A stretch of DNA of 64,000 bases, from contig CATNEN010000041.1 in the NCBI GenBank assembly GCA_950097015.1, forward strand, positions 3,038,001 to 3,102,000. Direction: 5' to 3'. Made by a program: the position numbers and the translations under genes. Under the pieces are notes generated by a model. That model was not told the origin of the DNA. It searched no databases and was given only the letters and a program-made list of their open reading frames with translations. The DNA comes from Macrostomum hystrix (Eukaryota > Animalia > Platyhelminthes). This document shows positions 26,494 through 39,080 of this stretch, one piece after another (position 1 is the first letter of the stretch; each line of letters starts with the position of its first letter).

Positions 26494-26773
26494 CATACAT
26501 GCGCAACACCCGGCCGACCTGGCCGAACCGGCCGGGTAAAACGAGGGCCAAGCAAGGTAAGTCGCAAAAACCAATGGACCAAGCGCAAAAAATCAAAGGG
26601 GAGACCAAGGGACAAAAAAGGAAGGCGTGAAGAAAAGGAAAAAGGGGAGAGAAAAAGAGAGCAAATGAGAGCAAACTAAGTCGTAAATAGAGCAATGAAA
26701 CGAACTAAGTCGCAAATGAGAGCAAAAACTAAGTCGCATGGCTGGCTAAGATTTGGGAGGTTGCTCATGTATG
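26494..26773 (-). mobile_element. 280-bp MITE copy 2, inverted relative to copy 1
   Basis: Reverse-complement homolog of 26069-26317 with the same TIRs; exact 8-bp TSD atctctgt at 26486-26493 and 26774-26781. Confidence 0.88.
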
Positions 26774-29344
26774 ATCTCTGTTTTCTGGCAACAAAATTTG
26801 CTTTGTGTGTTATAATTGCTTTTACAGAACTACTTCCAATGCAGTTTAGCATAACTTCACTGCTAATTTTGGCCTTGATTCCAACATTGCTTAATGCAAG
26901 ATCCCATAATAATTTAAAAAATGATTGAATCTAGATGGTAAATTATAGAGGCCCAGTATGATACATGTCCTTTCTATATTGTATAATAGGCCTAAAGGCA
27001 ATCTGTCTAATTAAGACTAGGCCACATTGCTGTCTATATTCTGGCTGACTTGTAGTACTGCCTTTTATAGCTTTTTTGTTCACTTTAAAAAAAGCTGCAG
27101 TCCCAATGACCCAGGTTCCATGAGACAAAAGCCCTCCTAGGCATCAGACACATAAAGAGCTATGTCCTTGGTCACTGCTATGCAGTACAGCATAAGTTAT
27201 TTGTATCTGACTACCCCATAGGCTGATAATTACATTAAAAGAATAATAGTATAGTCACATTTTTTGCTTATCTTTGCTTACCTTTAGGGTTGAAATTAAG
27301 CCCAGGAATTTCCATTATGACTCTATCTGACAATTGCCACTGAAAAATAATTTGGTTGCCAGATCTTTTAGGTCAGAGCTCAGTTATTAACCACTGTTTT
27401 CTGTATATTTATTTCTAGCTTGTATAGCTTCAACAATATTCAGATATTGTCAAGACCCTTTGGAATTCCTGTAGATTTTTCCTCAATGAACTCTAAACTG
27501 CAAAATGAATATTGTGGCATAGAGCTTAAACTAAAAAATGATTAATAGTGAGAAGAGTAGAAGAGAGAGTGGACAGTATTGTATTACTCCATTTGTTAAT
27601 GCTGCTTGCCTTAGTTGCTAGACTATGTCACAGAATCTGAGACTTTCAAATGAAATTTAGCTCCTGTTCTGAGTAGCCTACATACTTTGTACTGCTTCAA
27701 CGATTTTTGGACTATATTTTGACTAGGGGCCTAGTTTATCAAACTACAAAAATATGAAACTACCTGTTGCATTAGAAGACTCTTTGTTGATGACTCTTAT
27801 CCCAATTGAACATAGTTTTGATTATAATAATACAGGCAAAGAGAAAAATACAAAAACCTCTCTTCTAACACTTTTTAATTGATAGATAATAAGTTAGTTT
27901 GCAATCACGACAATTGAACTGATTTGCCTAGTGAATATAGCTTGGTAGTCAAAATCAACAAAGAAAGGGAAGAAAAATACACCAAAAAGTATTTGTGGAT
28001 AATAATAACTATACTAATTTTAATTAAGTGATATTTTTATACTGTATATTGAATGGCATTGTATATTTTGTGTTGGATTTTGAATTATATATTGACATTG
28101 CATTGCATATTGACATATTGTATTGTATATGTTTTCATACAATTTTAATTTCGATATAAAGGTCAAATATTGCTACTTTAAAATAACCGGATGACCGAAA
28201 GTGATTTCTCAACAATAGAATTATTCGTGCCGTGCATGAGTTCTTTCTTGCTGCATTGTTTCTTCACGTTAATTTTTAAAAATTATTTAAAGTTTTTGAC
28301 TGATCGATGGTTTCCAGGATTTTGCTCGCTTAAATCGGCGCGCTCGAATGGTCTTCACCTCAGCACAGTTAATTAAAAACTTTATGAATTGAAGAAATTA
28401 ATGAAATACAAAATGTAAGTTATATATGAATTATATATATATATAAACATAACGTAAAATAGCACTAATACGCTTATAACTTGAAATAGAGTATAATTGC
28501 TTTATCAGGATTGGCACTCGTTATTTTCACTGGACAGTGCAATAAGTTTGATGGAACTGTGTGTTAAGTGTGTAATATATTATTTCTGTACGCTAGTTTA
28601 GTATTATCTAACCAGCTTATAGTTTATTTCTAATCATCGTTACGTCACTAGAGCTAGCTCTATGCGTCTATCTTATAATTGTATGCCTAGCTATTAGCTA
28701 CTATACTATTCACTATTGTTCTCGTGACCTCATTCTCGGTCCTGAAGCAGTGCACTAGCTTACTCAGACCCCAACATGCTCGATGACAAAGTAAAACAAT
28801 ATACAAAAGATTAGCCTAAGGATTTGAATTGGTTTAGCCCACAGATACTATATTAACTAGATAGTTCACTTCCATTTACTTATGTTGTTAAATATTTTAG
28901 CTACTTTCTGTTCGGTAGCAAGTAAAGAATATGGCTTGTATTTTTTGTAAGGATGAACAAATCAAGTGGTTTAAAGATTGAAACAACGAGAACGAGAAAG
29001 AGAGTCACATGACCCATACGACTCTGTTATCAGTTCAAGAAAATGTACATTGGTTTGTTCCCTCAGGGCTCACAGTCAGTAGCCTCACAGAGCAATTAAG
29101 TGGGGTAGAGGAGTGACGGGGGTAGAGTTTGCGTGGAAAGGCGCGGCGCGATCGATAGTGAGGAGAGGAAGGAAGGAAAGGGAGTGAGAGGGGCAGACCA
29201 AATGGACCAATAGGAAGTTAAGAGGGATGGAAAATAAGATCGCACACAGCCAGCGTAGGGGGTGGGGGTTATCTACAGAACATCATCTTAAAGCGAAGTT
29301 AAATTCATACACCAAAACAGCGACATGTCAGCAACAGCTTTAGC

Positions 29345-31833
29345 ATGAACTTCAGTTCCAAACGCTGCTGTGCGGCAACGTGCACTTACACTGCCGAATC
29401 TCTAACGGATGATGGAGTCGCTGTTCGAATGCATAGATTCCCAAGCGACAACGAAGTTGCAAGTCGATGGCAGCGGCTGCTGGAAATCGATCTGGACATC
29501 GAAACGATCCGCAAGATGGGATTGCGAGTTTGCAGCATACATTTTACCGATGATGCCTACAATTGTCCTTCCCTAAGACATGATGCTGCAACTCGACTGC
29601 GGTGGAACCCAGTTCCAGACAAGGAGCTCACGCTCCCCCGCCTGATACCGCATGATCCTACGCACATGATGGACCGCAGCGACGAGGAAATTGACAACGC
29701 ATATCCTCCGCATCTACTGCCTTATAATTACAATGACGGCGACGCTGCAGATCAACGACAACAGTTAATACCAGTACCCAGAAGCCCGGTCGACCAGGAT
29801 GGAATTATTCAACGATGTAACGATATCATCGCACAATTGCGTAGCAAAGTTCACCGGCAGAATCGAACTATCAAACAGATGCAAGACCGAATTAGAAAAG
29901 CGAAGTCAGTCCAGTTGGGTAGCGATTCGATCGCGACTCGCCTGATGAAGAACAAGCTTGGGCGAAAAGATGTTCACAGCCGTGGAATGCGCTGGACCAA
30001 GGATGCCATCGCTAGCTCCATTCAGCTGCATCATAAAAGTCCATCGGCTTACCGACTGCTCCGCAGTAGATGGAAGATGCCGCTACCATCGGAGTCATCG
30101 TTGAAACGGCGAATCCGTCAGTTTTTTTCGTCGCCTGGTGTCTGCCATAAGACCCTAGAGCTGCTGCAGCAGAAGGTTGCTGAAATCCCTGAGCCACAGC
30201 GCCTGGCCACCTTGTGCTTGGACGGCATGAGCTTATCGGCGAGCATTCGCTATGATCAACATGCCGACAAAGTGGTCGGCTATGATGAATACTCAGTTGA
30301 TGACCTTGAGCGCCGGCTTCGCAGACCAGTGAATGAAGCAGTTGTTGCTGTTTTGCGCGGAATTTGGAGCAACTGGAAGCAGCCGATCGCGTACTATCCA
30401 GTGTACATGACCCTCGGTCAGCTGGGATTCAAGAAGGCTATCAACGAATGTATTCGCGCTGCGCATGAAGTTGGAGTTCGAATTATCGCCCTGGTTGCTG
30501 ACCAAGAGACAACACAGTGGGCATATCTCTCCAAACAGGTGAGTTGCAAGGGCTGGCGATATTGGTTTTGCTAATTTATAAAAACAACCGATATGTGGGC
30601 ACCGTTTCCACATGAGGTCACGAGTCGACTACTTTTTGATTGCGTCATTACTTCAGGTGAACCCTTCGACTCCATTTCTGAATCATCCTGTGACCCAGAA
30701 GCCCGTCTTTGTCATCATTGACGTACCGCACTGCCTGAAGAATGCCCGCAACGCGCTGATGAAGAACAACATCATTTTCGACGGATGCAAGCTGGCAAAA
30801 TGGCAAGTCCTGGTCGACTTCTACGAAAGGGACAGCAGTCGATCTCTCAGGCTTGCGAGCCGACTGAGCGATGCGCATTTTAGCCTCCAGTTGGGCCAAA
30901 AAATGAAGGTCTCTCTAGCCGCTCAGATCTTCAGCCACTCAGTTGCAAGTGGAATCAGAACGCTGGTGCATCACCAGGAGCTGCCAACTGATGCCTTGCT
31001 GACAGCAGAATTCGTACATAAGGTGAACGACGCTTTCGATTTGCTGAATTCGGCGAACATATTTGACAAGGGCTTTAAGCAACCGATTCAGTGGGATTCC
31101 CTTTCCGAAAAAGTGAATGAGCTGCGCAAGGTTGAGGCCTTTATTGGAAGCTGGCAGTTCCTCCCTATCAACGGCAAGGCGCAAAAGTCGACAGTGAAGT
31201 TCAAGGAGGCGTGGGTCCTGTCGACTGCTGCTATACGGCAGCTCTGCACAGTTCTGATTCAGGATGAAAGCTTCGAGTTCGTCTGCACGCGGAGGCTAAC
31301 TCAGGATCACGTTGAGGTAAGTTCCAATCATTTACAGTATTGGATGCTAGTCAGCTGCATTGCCAATAGGATTTTGGTGCTGTTTTCACTGTTTTGGTGC
31401 CATAAAATAGAAAAACACAACCTCTCTCTTGCAGAATCTGTTCTGCATCATTAGGGGTCGCAATGGCTTCAATGAGAAGCCCGAGCTGTCAGCTTTCGTG
31501 GGAGCCTTGCGTTCTGTGGCTGCCAGTGGTCTCGCGCATCCAGATTCTGCTGCCAGAAACTGCGAAGACGACGGCTGCACGGCTGCAGTCACGGCAGACA
31601 GTGCATGCATAGAAGGCAGCAGCAGCAGCAGCAGCAGCGCAATCGTTTCTGCAGTAAATCATTCGATTTCTACCGACGATTCACCGGCGCATGTCTTGGA
31701 GTCACAAGAGCTGCCCAAACTCGTGTGGTACGCTGTAAAGAAGGCAAAGAACAAAGAAGGCCGTCGTCGCCCGTCGAAGCTCAGAAGGTCGAAGGGCTGG
31801 CTCTTTCGCGATAAAAAGGATGCATCCTCATGA
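29345..31833 (+). mobile_element. THAP-domain P-element-family transposase (THAP9-like). Exons 29345-30538, 30657-31316, 31435-31833.
   Basis: THAP C2CH motif (CCAATC..HRFP..W..RVCSIHF..P), LCLDGM (D1), ALVADQ (D2), DVPHCLKNARNALM, and spliced TQDHVE|NLFCIIRGRNG (E). Both introns are phase-0 GT-AG. No TIRs identified. Confidence 0.88.
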
Positions 31834-33034
31834 GGCCGAGACCGCTGCCGCCGATGTATGAGCTTGTCCCGCGAGGTGACGTAAGAGAACACAGTCTGCG
31901 AAGGTAGTGGTGATATGGCCAAACTCTACTCCAAAGTTGTCTACAGTGCCGTTGGCAAGCAGGATCGAGGGTCTGGCGTCCGAGCTAGCCGTCAGGTTCA
32001 TGGCAATGCCGTTGCGGGGTCGGGCCTGTTGGGTCTTGAGGCTAGAGACGCGTCGATGGGTGGCTCATCGCATTTGACTGGCGTAAGCAGGGAGACAAAA
32101 AACTGGATCTGTGCGAGGTGGCAGCAATTAAGGGACCACTAGAAGAAGAAGGACGGGACACTTCGTTTCTTAGTTTCTTATTCTAGTGGTCGTTGGGTGG
32201 CAGTCTATGGCAGCGGGCTGAACGCTAAGATGGGAAAGACGCTTTGGTTAATATGCTGCTCTTCTTACGTAATGTCCAAAGCTCGATGAAGCCTCACAAA
32301 ATAACAAATATAAGTACGGTAAATGCTAAAACTGTCGTTGATGGAATTCCAATACTTTATGGCACGCATATTTGAGAATACATGCGCCTTATTGTACGTA
32401 ATATAGTTAGTTTGATGGTACTATACAATGTATATAAAATTGTATTATTTTAATAACCCTCTTTCTATCAGCTGATCAAGTAGGATAATTAGTTAGTTAC
32501 CTGCTGTCTTTCCAGCCACGAATAATTTCATCAGATAGCACGTTATTATTTTAATCAGAAGTGCTGAGAAATTGAAATAAGCCTAGTTTTCTTAAACTCT
32601 ATACGAAGTATTCTAGGATTGCAAATTTTTAATAGAAGTTCTTTGAAACAGAACAGAAAACAGACTCAGATCTTGCTGGTTCATTTTTATTTTACAAGTC
32701 CTAACTAGCTTCTATTTTAGATAAAATATTTGCTTTATGTTAGAATTAGTGGAGCACTATTTCACAAACCATAGTTTATTTTTGAGACTTGTTAAACTAG
32801 CAAATTCTGGCAAATTGGCTCTAAACACCAGGTCTAGCTAGCTAGTATTGGTGACAACTCTTGACAAGTCTAAAGTCTGAATAGACTTTTTAATAATTTC
32901 GTGATTTACCAAAGTATGGTATAGACACTTAGAACCCTGAAAATGTCTTTTTTAAATAGATGAAATAGGTAAATAGCAATTAAAAGTATAATACAGAGTT
33001 TACTGGCTATAGCTATCAATACAGAGCAACAGTA

Positions 33035-36000
33035 ATGGAATCTGATAGAGAGTCTACTGTTAAAAGAATTCCTGGTAAGTGATTTTTACTTACTTTTTTA
33101 TTTATGAGTACATTGCTGAAGTAAATATAGTAAATAAGCCTAGCCTGAATAATTAAGCATAAATTTCATAGAAAGCATTTGTTTCATAGACCTAAGTATT
33201 ATTTTTGCCTAATTTCTCATGTTCTCATACCTACCAATAATGTATTTATAAGATTTTAATATGAAATGGCTATATGCCCTGAAAAATAGTGTTTTGTCAA
33301 TATTGCAAAATAGAGCTAGCTTTATTGTTGAATAGGACTTTCAGTTTTATTAAACAAAAAATAGAAACATTTTAGGCTCCTCTGTTACTATATCTAGGCT
33401 CATCTTGGCTTATATATTTGTTCTTAATTTATATAAATACATATATATCTAGCAAAAAATAATATAAATTATAATTTTATAAACTCCTAAACATAGGCCT
33501 ATTAAGCTTTATGCTCTTTCTTTAAGGTAGTGCTAGGCCTAATCTGAATGCTAATCAATATGCAACTGTATACATACAAATTAAAAATTTGTGGTTTTGA
33601 AATATTCTTATTATAAGGAATATTCAAATTATAAACTAACAAGTGCAACCTCACTGCTTTCTTTTAAACAGCTGACAGTGTAATGTTCAAGATCTTGGTC
33701 CCATCTATTGCTGCTGGGGCCATTATTGGCAAGGGTGGTGAGGCCATTGCCCAGCTGCAGAAGGAGAAAGGGGCCAAGGTGAAAATGTCTAAGTCGAATG
33801 ACTTTTATCCAGGTAAGTTTTTGCATCTTTCTATCCTTATAATAAAAAATAAAGGGCTTCTAATTTCTCCAAGAAAGCTAACTTGGCAATCTTTTTGGCT
33901 TCAACAACTTCTCTGCAAATGCAGCTTCTCTGCTTCAACAGCTTCTCTGCTTCAACAGCTTCTCTGCAAATGCAGCTTCTCTGCTTCAACAGCTTCTCTG
34001 CAAATGCAGCTTCTCTGCTTCAACAGCTTCTCTGCAAATGCAGCTTCTCTGCTTCAACAGCTTCTCTGCAAATGCAGCTTCTCTGCTTCAACAGCTTCTC
34101 TGCAAATGCAGCTTCTCTGCTTCAACAGCTTCTCTGCAAATGCAGCTTCTCTGCTTCAGCAGCTTCTCTGCAAATGCATCACCGTTTCTTAGTACCGTTT
34201 CTTAGTTTCATGCCTAAAAACAAATAAATTGTCCACTTGTTTAATAAAAAAAACTACTTACAGTAGCCAAGTACGATATTTGCTTACAATCTGTATGACC
34301 CTTTTAATGGTAAAAAAATATAGTAATTAAGGTGTATTCTATCATCGCAGCTGCCACTCCCTCCAACCTTAAGGCACAACGGAGCGGGTTTGCCTAATCC
34401 AGGGCAGCGTTGAGTCCATCATAGCCGTCTGCAGCAGTATCATGGATCGGGTGCTGGAAAAACCCGACCCGAACCCAAAGCTCACTGGCGACGGCAAGCT
34501 GAATGTGGAGCGGCACAAGCAGGTGAAAACATTCAACATGGCTCTCGATTCTCTCAGATCCCCAAATTGAGCTCACGATTCTCTCAGATCCCCAGATTCA
34601 GTTTATGATTCTCTCAGATCCCCAGATTCAGTTTATGATTCTCTCAGATCCCCAAATTGAGCTCACGATTCTCTCAGATCCCCAGATTCAGCTCACGATT
34701 CTCTCAGATCCCCAGATTCAGCTCACGATTCTCTCAGATCCCCAGATTCAGTTTATGATTCTCTTAGATCCCCAGATTCAGTTTATGATTCTCTCAGATC
34801 CCCAAATTGAGCTCACGATTCTCTCAGATCCCCAGATTCAGCTCACGATTCTCTCAGATCCCCAGATTCAGCTCACGATTCTCTCAGATCCCCAGATTCA
34901 GCTCACGATTCTCTCAGATCCCCAGATTCAGTTTATGATTCTCTTAGATCCCCAGATTCAGTTTATGATTCTCTCAGATCCCAAAATTGAGCTCACGATT
35001 CTCTCAGATCCCCAGATTCAGCTCACGATTCTCTCAGATCCCCAGATTCAGTTTATGATTCTCTCAGATCCCCAGATTCAGTTTATGATTCTCTCAGATC
35101 CCCAGATTCAGTTTATGATTCTCTCAGATCCCCAGATTCAGCTCACGATTCTCTCAGATCCCCAGATTCAGTTTATGATTCTCTCAGATCCCCAGATTCA
35201 GTTTATGATTCTCTCAGATCCCCAAATTGAGCTCACGATTCTCTCAGATCCCCAAATTGAGCTCACGATTCTCTCAGATCCCCAGATTCAGCTCACGATT
35301 CTCTCAGATCCCCAGATTCAGTTTATGATTCTCTCAGATCCCCAGATTCAGTTTATGATTCTCTCAGATCCCCAGATTCAGTTTATGATTCTCTCAGATC
35401 CCCAGATTCAGCTCACGATTCTCTCAGATCCCCAGATTCAGTTTATGATTCTCTCAGATCCCCAGATTCAGTTTATGATTCTCTCAGATCCCCAAATTGA
35501 GCTCACGATTCTCTCAGATCCCCAAATTGAGCTCACGATTCTCTCAGATCCCCAGATTCAGCTCACGATTCTCTCAGATCCCCAGATTCAGTTTATGATT
35601 CTCTTAGATCCCCAGATTCAGTTTATGATTCTCTTAGATCCCCAGATTCAGTTTATGATTCTCTCAGATTCCCAGATGGAGCTCACAATTCCCCCCAGAA
35701 TCCCAGGTACAGTTTCTGGCCACGGAATCTCCCAATATCCAGGTAAAAATCCTAGTGCCTAACAGTACGGCCGGCATGATCATCGGCAAGAAGGGCGCCT
35801 TCATCAAGGAGATCATGGACAGCAGTGGAGCCTTTGTGCAGATCTCGCAGAAGCCGAAGGAGCAGGCGCTGACGGAGCGCTGCGTCACTGTGGCCGGAGA
35901 CTCGGAGGCTAACCGGACGGCCCTGGCGATGATCGTGGCCAAGATAGCCGAAGATCCGCAGTCGGCCAGCTGTCCGAACATCAGCTACGCTGACATTTCG

Positions 36001-38253
36001 TACCCAGTGGCCAGCGCGTATCCCACGGGCAGTCCATACGCGTTCGCCAGTGCCGGTGGCTCCCCTCAGCAGCAGCAGTCCGTAGGCTCGATTGGTGGAG
36101 GCGGCCGAGGCCTGGCGCCACTGAGCTTGAGCGCCTCGCAGAATTCGACCAGCTCTGCCGCGCAGCAGCAGTTCGCGCAGATTTCGGCTGAAGCTCTGCG
36201 CGCCTCGCTCCGTCAGAGCGGCTACTCAGACTCGGCCTCGGATGAGATCGTGGGCGCCATGGCCACGCTGGCCAACTACGGCTTCTTTAATATGCAGTCT
36301 CTGGTGCCGGCCCAGGTCTGTTCCCTGCATTGCCTGTTGCTAGGCCCTCACTTGTCCTGTTCCCTGCATTGCCTGTTGCTAGGTCCTCACTTGTCCTGTT
36401 CCCTGCATTGCCTGTTGCTAGGCCCACTTGTCCTGTTCCCTGCATTGCCTGTTGCTAGGTCCTCACTTGTCCTGTTCCCTGCATTGCCTGTTGCTAGGCC
36501 CACTTGTCCTGTTCCCTGCATTGCCTGTTGCTAGGTCCTCACTTGTCCTGTTCCCTGCATTGCCTGTTGCTAGGCCCACTTGTCCTGCTCCCTGCATTGC
36601 CAGTTGCTAGGTCCTCACTTGTCCTGTTCCCTGCATTGCCTGTTGCTAGGTCCTCACTTGTCCTGTTCCCTGCATTGCCTGTTGCTAGGCCCTCACTTGT
36701 CCTGTTCCCTGCATTGCCTGTTGCTAGGCCCACTTGTCCTGTTCCCTGCATTGCCTGTTGCTAGGCCCTCACTTGTCCTGTTCCCTGCATTGCCTGTTGC
36801 TAGGCCCACTTGTCCTGCTCCCTGCATTGCCAGTTGCTAGGTCCTCACTTGTCCTGTTCCCTGCATTGCCTGTTGCTAGGTCCTCACTTGTCCTGTTCCT
36901 TGCATTGCCTGTTGCTAGGCCCACTTGTCCTGCTCCCTGCATTGCCAGTTGCTAGGTCCTCACTTGTCCTGTTCCTTGCATTGCCTGTTGCTAGGCCCAC
37001 TTGTCCTGCTCCCTGCATTGCCTGTTGCTAGGTCCTCACTTGTCCTGTTCCCTGCATTGCCTGTTGCTAGGTCCTCACTTGTCCTGTTCCCTGCATTGCC
37101 TGTTGCTAGGTCCTCACTTGTCCTGTTCCTTGCATTGCCTGTTTGCATGCATGAAACTCTGCCGCCCGTCCCTTATTCGCAGATGCCGTTGATTTCAACG
37201 CCTTCTACGCCAATGCCGATGGTGGCCTCGCCGTTGAACTCCTTTAGCTTGCCGCCCGGCTCTCTGTCGGCTCTGCAGGCGCCGCCGCACCAGCCTCCGC
37301 CGCTGCCGCCCCACATGGCTGACGGAGCCGCCGCTGGTTCCAACGACTTCGGTGGCAGTGGTGACCCGAACGCGGCGGCTACTTTTATCTTTCCCAGCGG
37401 CACGGCCTACGACAGCTACGGAGCTGCCGTCGCTGCCGCGGCCGCCCATGCGGAGAAAGCCGCCGCTGCAGCCGTTGCCGCAGCCGCTGGCGGCGTCTTT
37501 AAGCGCGACATCGACGTGCCGGAGTCTCTAATAGGCGTTGTGCTGGGACCTGGTGGCCGGGACATCGCCGAGCTGCAGACGGCCACCCACACCTGCATCC
37601 AGGTGTCCAAGAGAGGTGACTTACCTGCGCAGGCGCGAAACCGGGTTGTTTCCATCACTGGAATGCAGGTGAGCCGCTGTGGTCTTACACCTCACCGTGC
37701 AGCAGGTGCATTGGGTGTTATCGCCAGTCATACAGCAGGTGTATTGGGTGTTATCGCCAGTCATACAGCAGGTGTATTGGGTGTTATCGCCAGTCATACA
37801 GCAGGTGTATTGGGTGTTATCGCCAGTCATTCAGCAGGTGTATTGGGTGTTATCGCCAGTCATACAGCAGGTGTATTGGGTGTTATCGCCAGTCATACAG
37901 CAGGTGTATTGGGTGTTATCGCCAGTCATACAGCAGGTGTATTGGGTGTTATCGCCAGTCATACAGCAGGTGTATTGGGTGTTATCGCCAGTCATACAGC
38001 AGGTGTATTGGGTGTTATCGCCAGTCATACAGCAGGTGTATTGGGTGTTATCGCCAGTCATACAGAAGGTGTATTGGGTGTTATCGCCAGTCATACAGCA
38101 GGTGTATTGGGTGTTATGCAGTCTGATGGAATCTAATTTTCGCCCTCGCCCCTACAGGTTAACGTTCTGAAGGCCGAGCGGCTGATTCAGCAGCGCGTCA
38201 GCCAGGAGGACCAGCGCAGGAAGCACCCGAGCGGCGCCTCCCGTCACTCGTGA
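33035..38253 (+). CDS. NOVA1: Nova/pasilla 3xKH splicing regulator. Exons 33035-33074, 33672-33812, 34374-34522, 35743-36315, 37183-37668, 38158-38253.
   Basis: KH1 [26 protein letters not shown]|[13 protein letters not shown]2 [32 protein letters not shown]3 [26 protein letters not shown]. All junctions are phase-compatible. Confidence 0.92.
33896..34177. repeat. ~34-bp minisatellite in Nova intron 2
   Basis: Unit ttcaacagcttctctgcaaatgcagcttctctgc with variants. Confidence 0.9.
34545..35670. repeat. 30-bp minisatellite (~37 copies) in Nova intron 3
   Basis: Unit ctctcagatccccagattcagtttatgatt; source of the spurious [13 protein letters not shown]. Confidence 0.97.
36316..37142. repeat. 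~38-39-bp minisatellite starting at the donor of Nova intron 4
   Basis: Unit gtcctgttccctgcattgcctgttgctagg(t/c)cc(tc)actt. Confidence 0.95.
37710..38117. repeat. 33-bp minisatellite (~12 copies) in Nova intron 5
   Basis: Unit cagcaggtgtattgggtgttatcgccagtcata. Confidence 0.96.
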
Positions 38254-38786
38254 AGGAGGCGAGCTGCGCAGCTGGCGGTCCCAGGAGACAATCTGGGAAC
38301 TGTCCCAATTGCTTAGCTTTCTGATTGCTCTGCCCCTCCTGTTTTGCGGTTTTGATATTGTCTAGACTTTTTCTCATAAATTTTATTTTAGCGCACGCTT
38401 TTCAATTTGCTAGCCCTGTTCTCTGCCCCCCCTCGATGGGCCGATTAGAAATCTTTTTAGTTGCTGGCCCGCTGTCGGAGTCGCTTTCCTCTCTGCCCCT
38501 TTTTGTTTTTGTTATTGGGTAGGAGCGCTTAAAAGTTTAGTCCTCTGTGATTGCCATTGTTTATCCTGGGCGATTTTGTGTGTAGCCTTTATCTAATGCA
38601 GATTTGGTAAGCTTTGCTTTCTGTTGTCATTTGCACTCCTCTTAGCCTGAGCACCATTTTACTGTGGGCCCACTCATCTGTGCCGGGGCTTAGCTAGATG
38701 TACTGGATTTTCCATTATTTGCTTGCATGGATTAATCAACATTTCTTATAGTCTGATTGCTTTGCGTTCGTTTTTATCTCTGCTGT

Positions 38787-39080
38787 TTGCGATCGCAGGT
38801 TGCACTGCTGCAGTCGGGACTTTCAATGACTCAATCGCAGGTTGCACTGCTGCAGTCAAGATTTCTTGTGATGCAATCGCAGGTTGCACTGCTGCAGTCG
38901 GGACTTTCAATGACTCAATCGCAGGTTGCACTGCTGCAGTCAGGGACTTTCAATTGACTCAATCGCAGGTTGCACTGCTGCAGTCGGGACTTTCAATGAC
39001 TCAATCGCAGGTTGCACTGCTGCAGTCGGGACTTTCAATGACTCAATCGCAGGTTGCACTGCTGCAGTCGGGACTTTCAA
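38787..39080. repeat. 42-bp minisatellite (~7 copies) downstream of Nova
   Basis: Unit tcaatcgcaggttgcactgctgcagtcgggactttcaatgac. Confidence 0.92.

Noticed and set aside
26940-27800. Possible minus-strand pseudogene fragments in AT-rich DNA
   Set aside because: Multiple stops and no recognisable family.
34605-35762. 385-aa ORF of [10 protein letters not shown] repeats, and similar repeat ORFs at 5795-6314, 23312-23668, 39786-40905, 48041-49188, 53651-54368, 57740-58697
   Set aside because: Read-throughs of intronic or intergenic minisatellites. Flanking exons splice cleanly across the intronic ones, and the Nova exon-3 frame stops at the first unit.
33813-38157. YCAY motifs in Nova intron arrays as autoregulatory Nova sites
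   Set aside because: About one YCAY per unit at most, which is expected by chance; no dense clusters.
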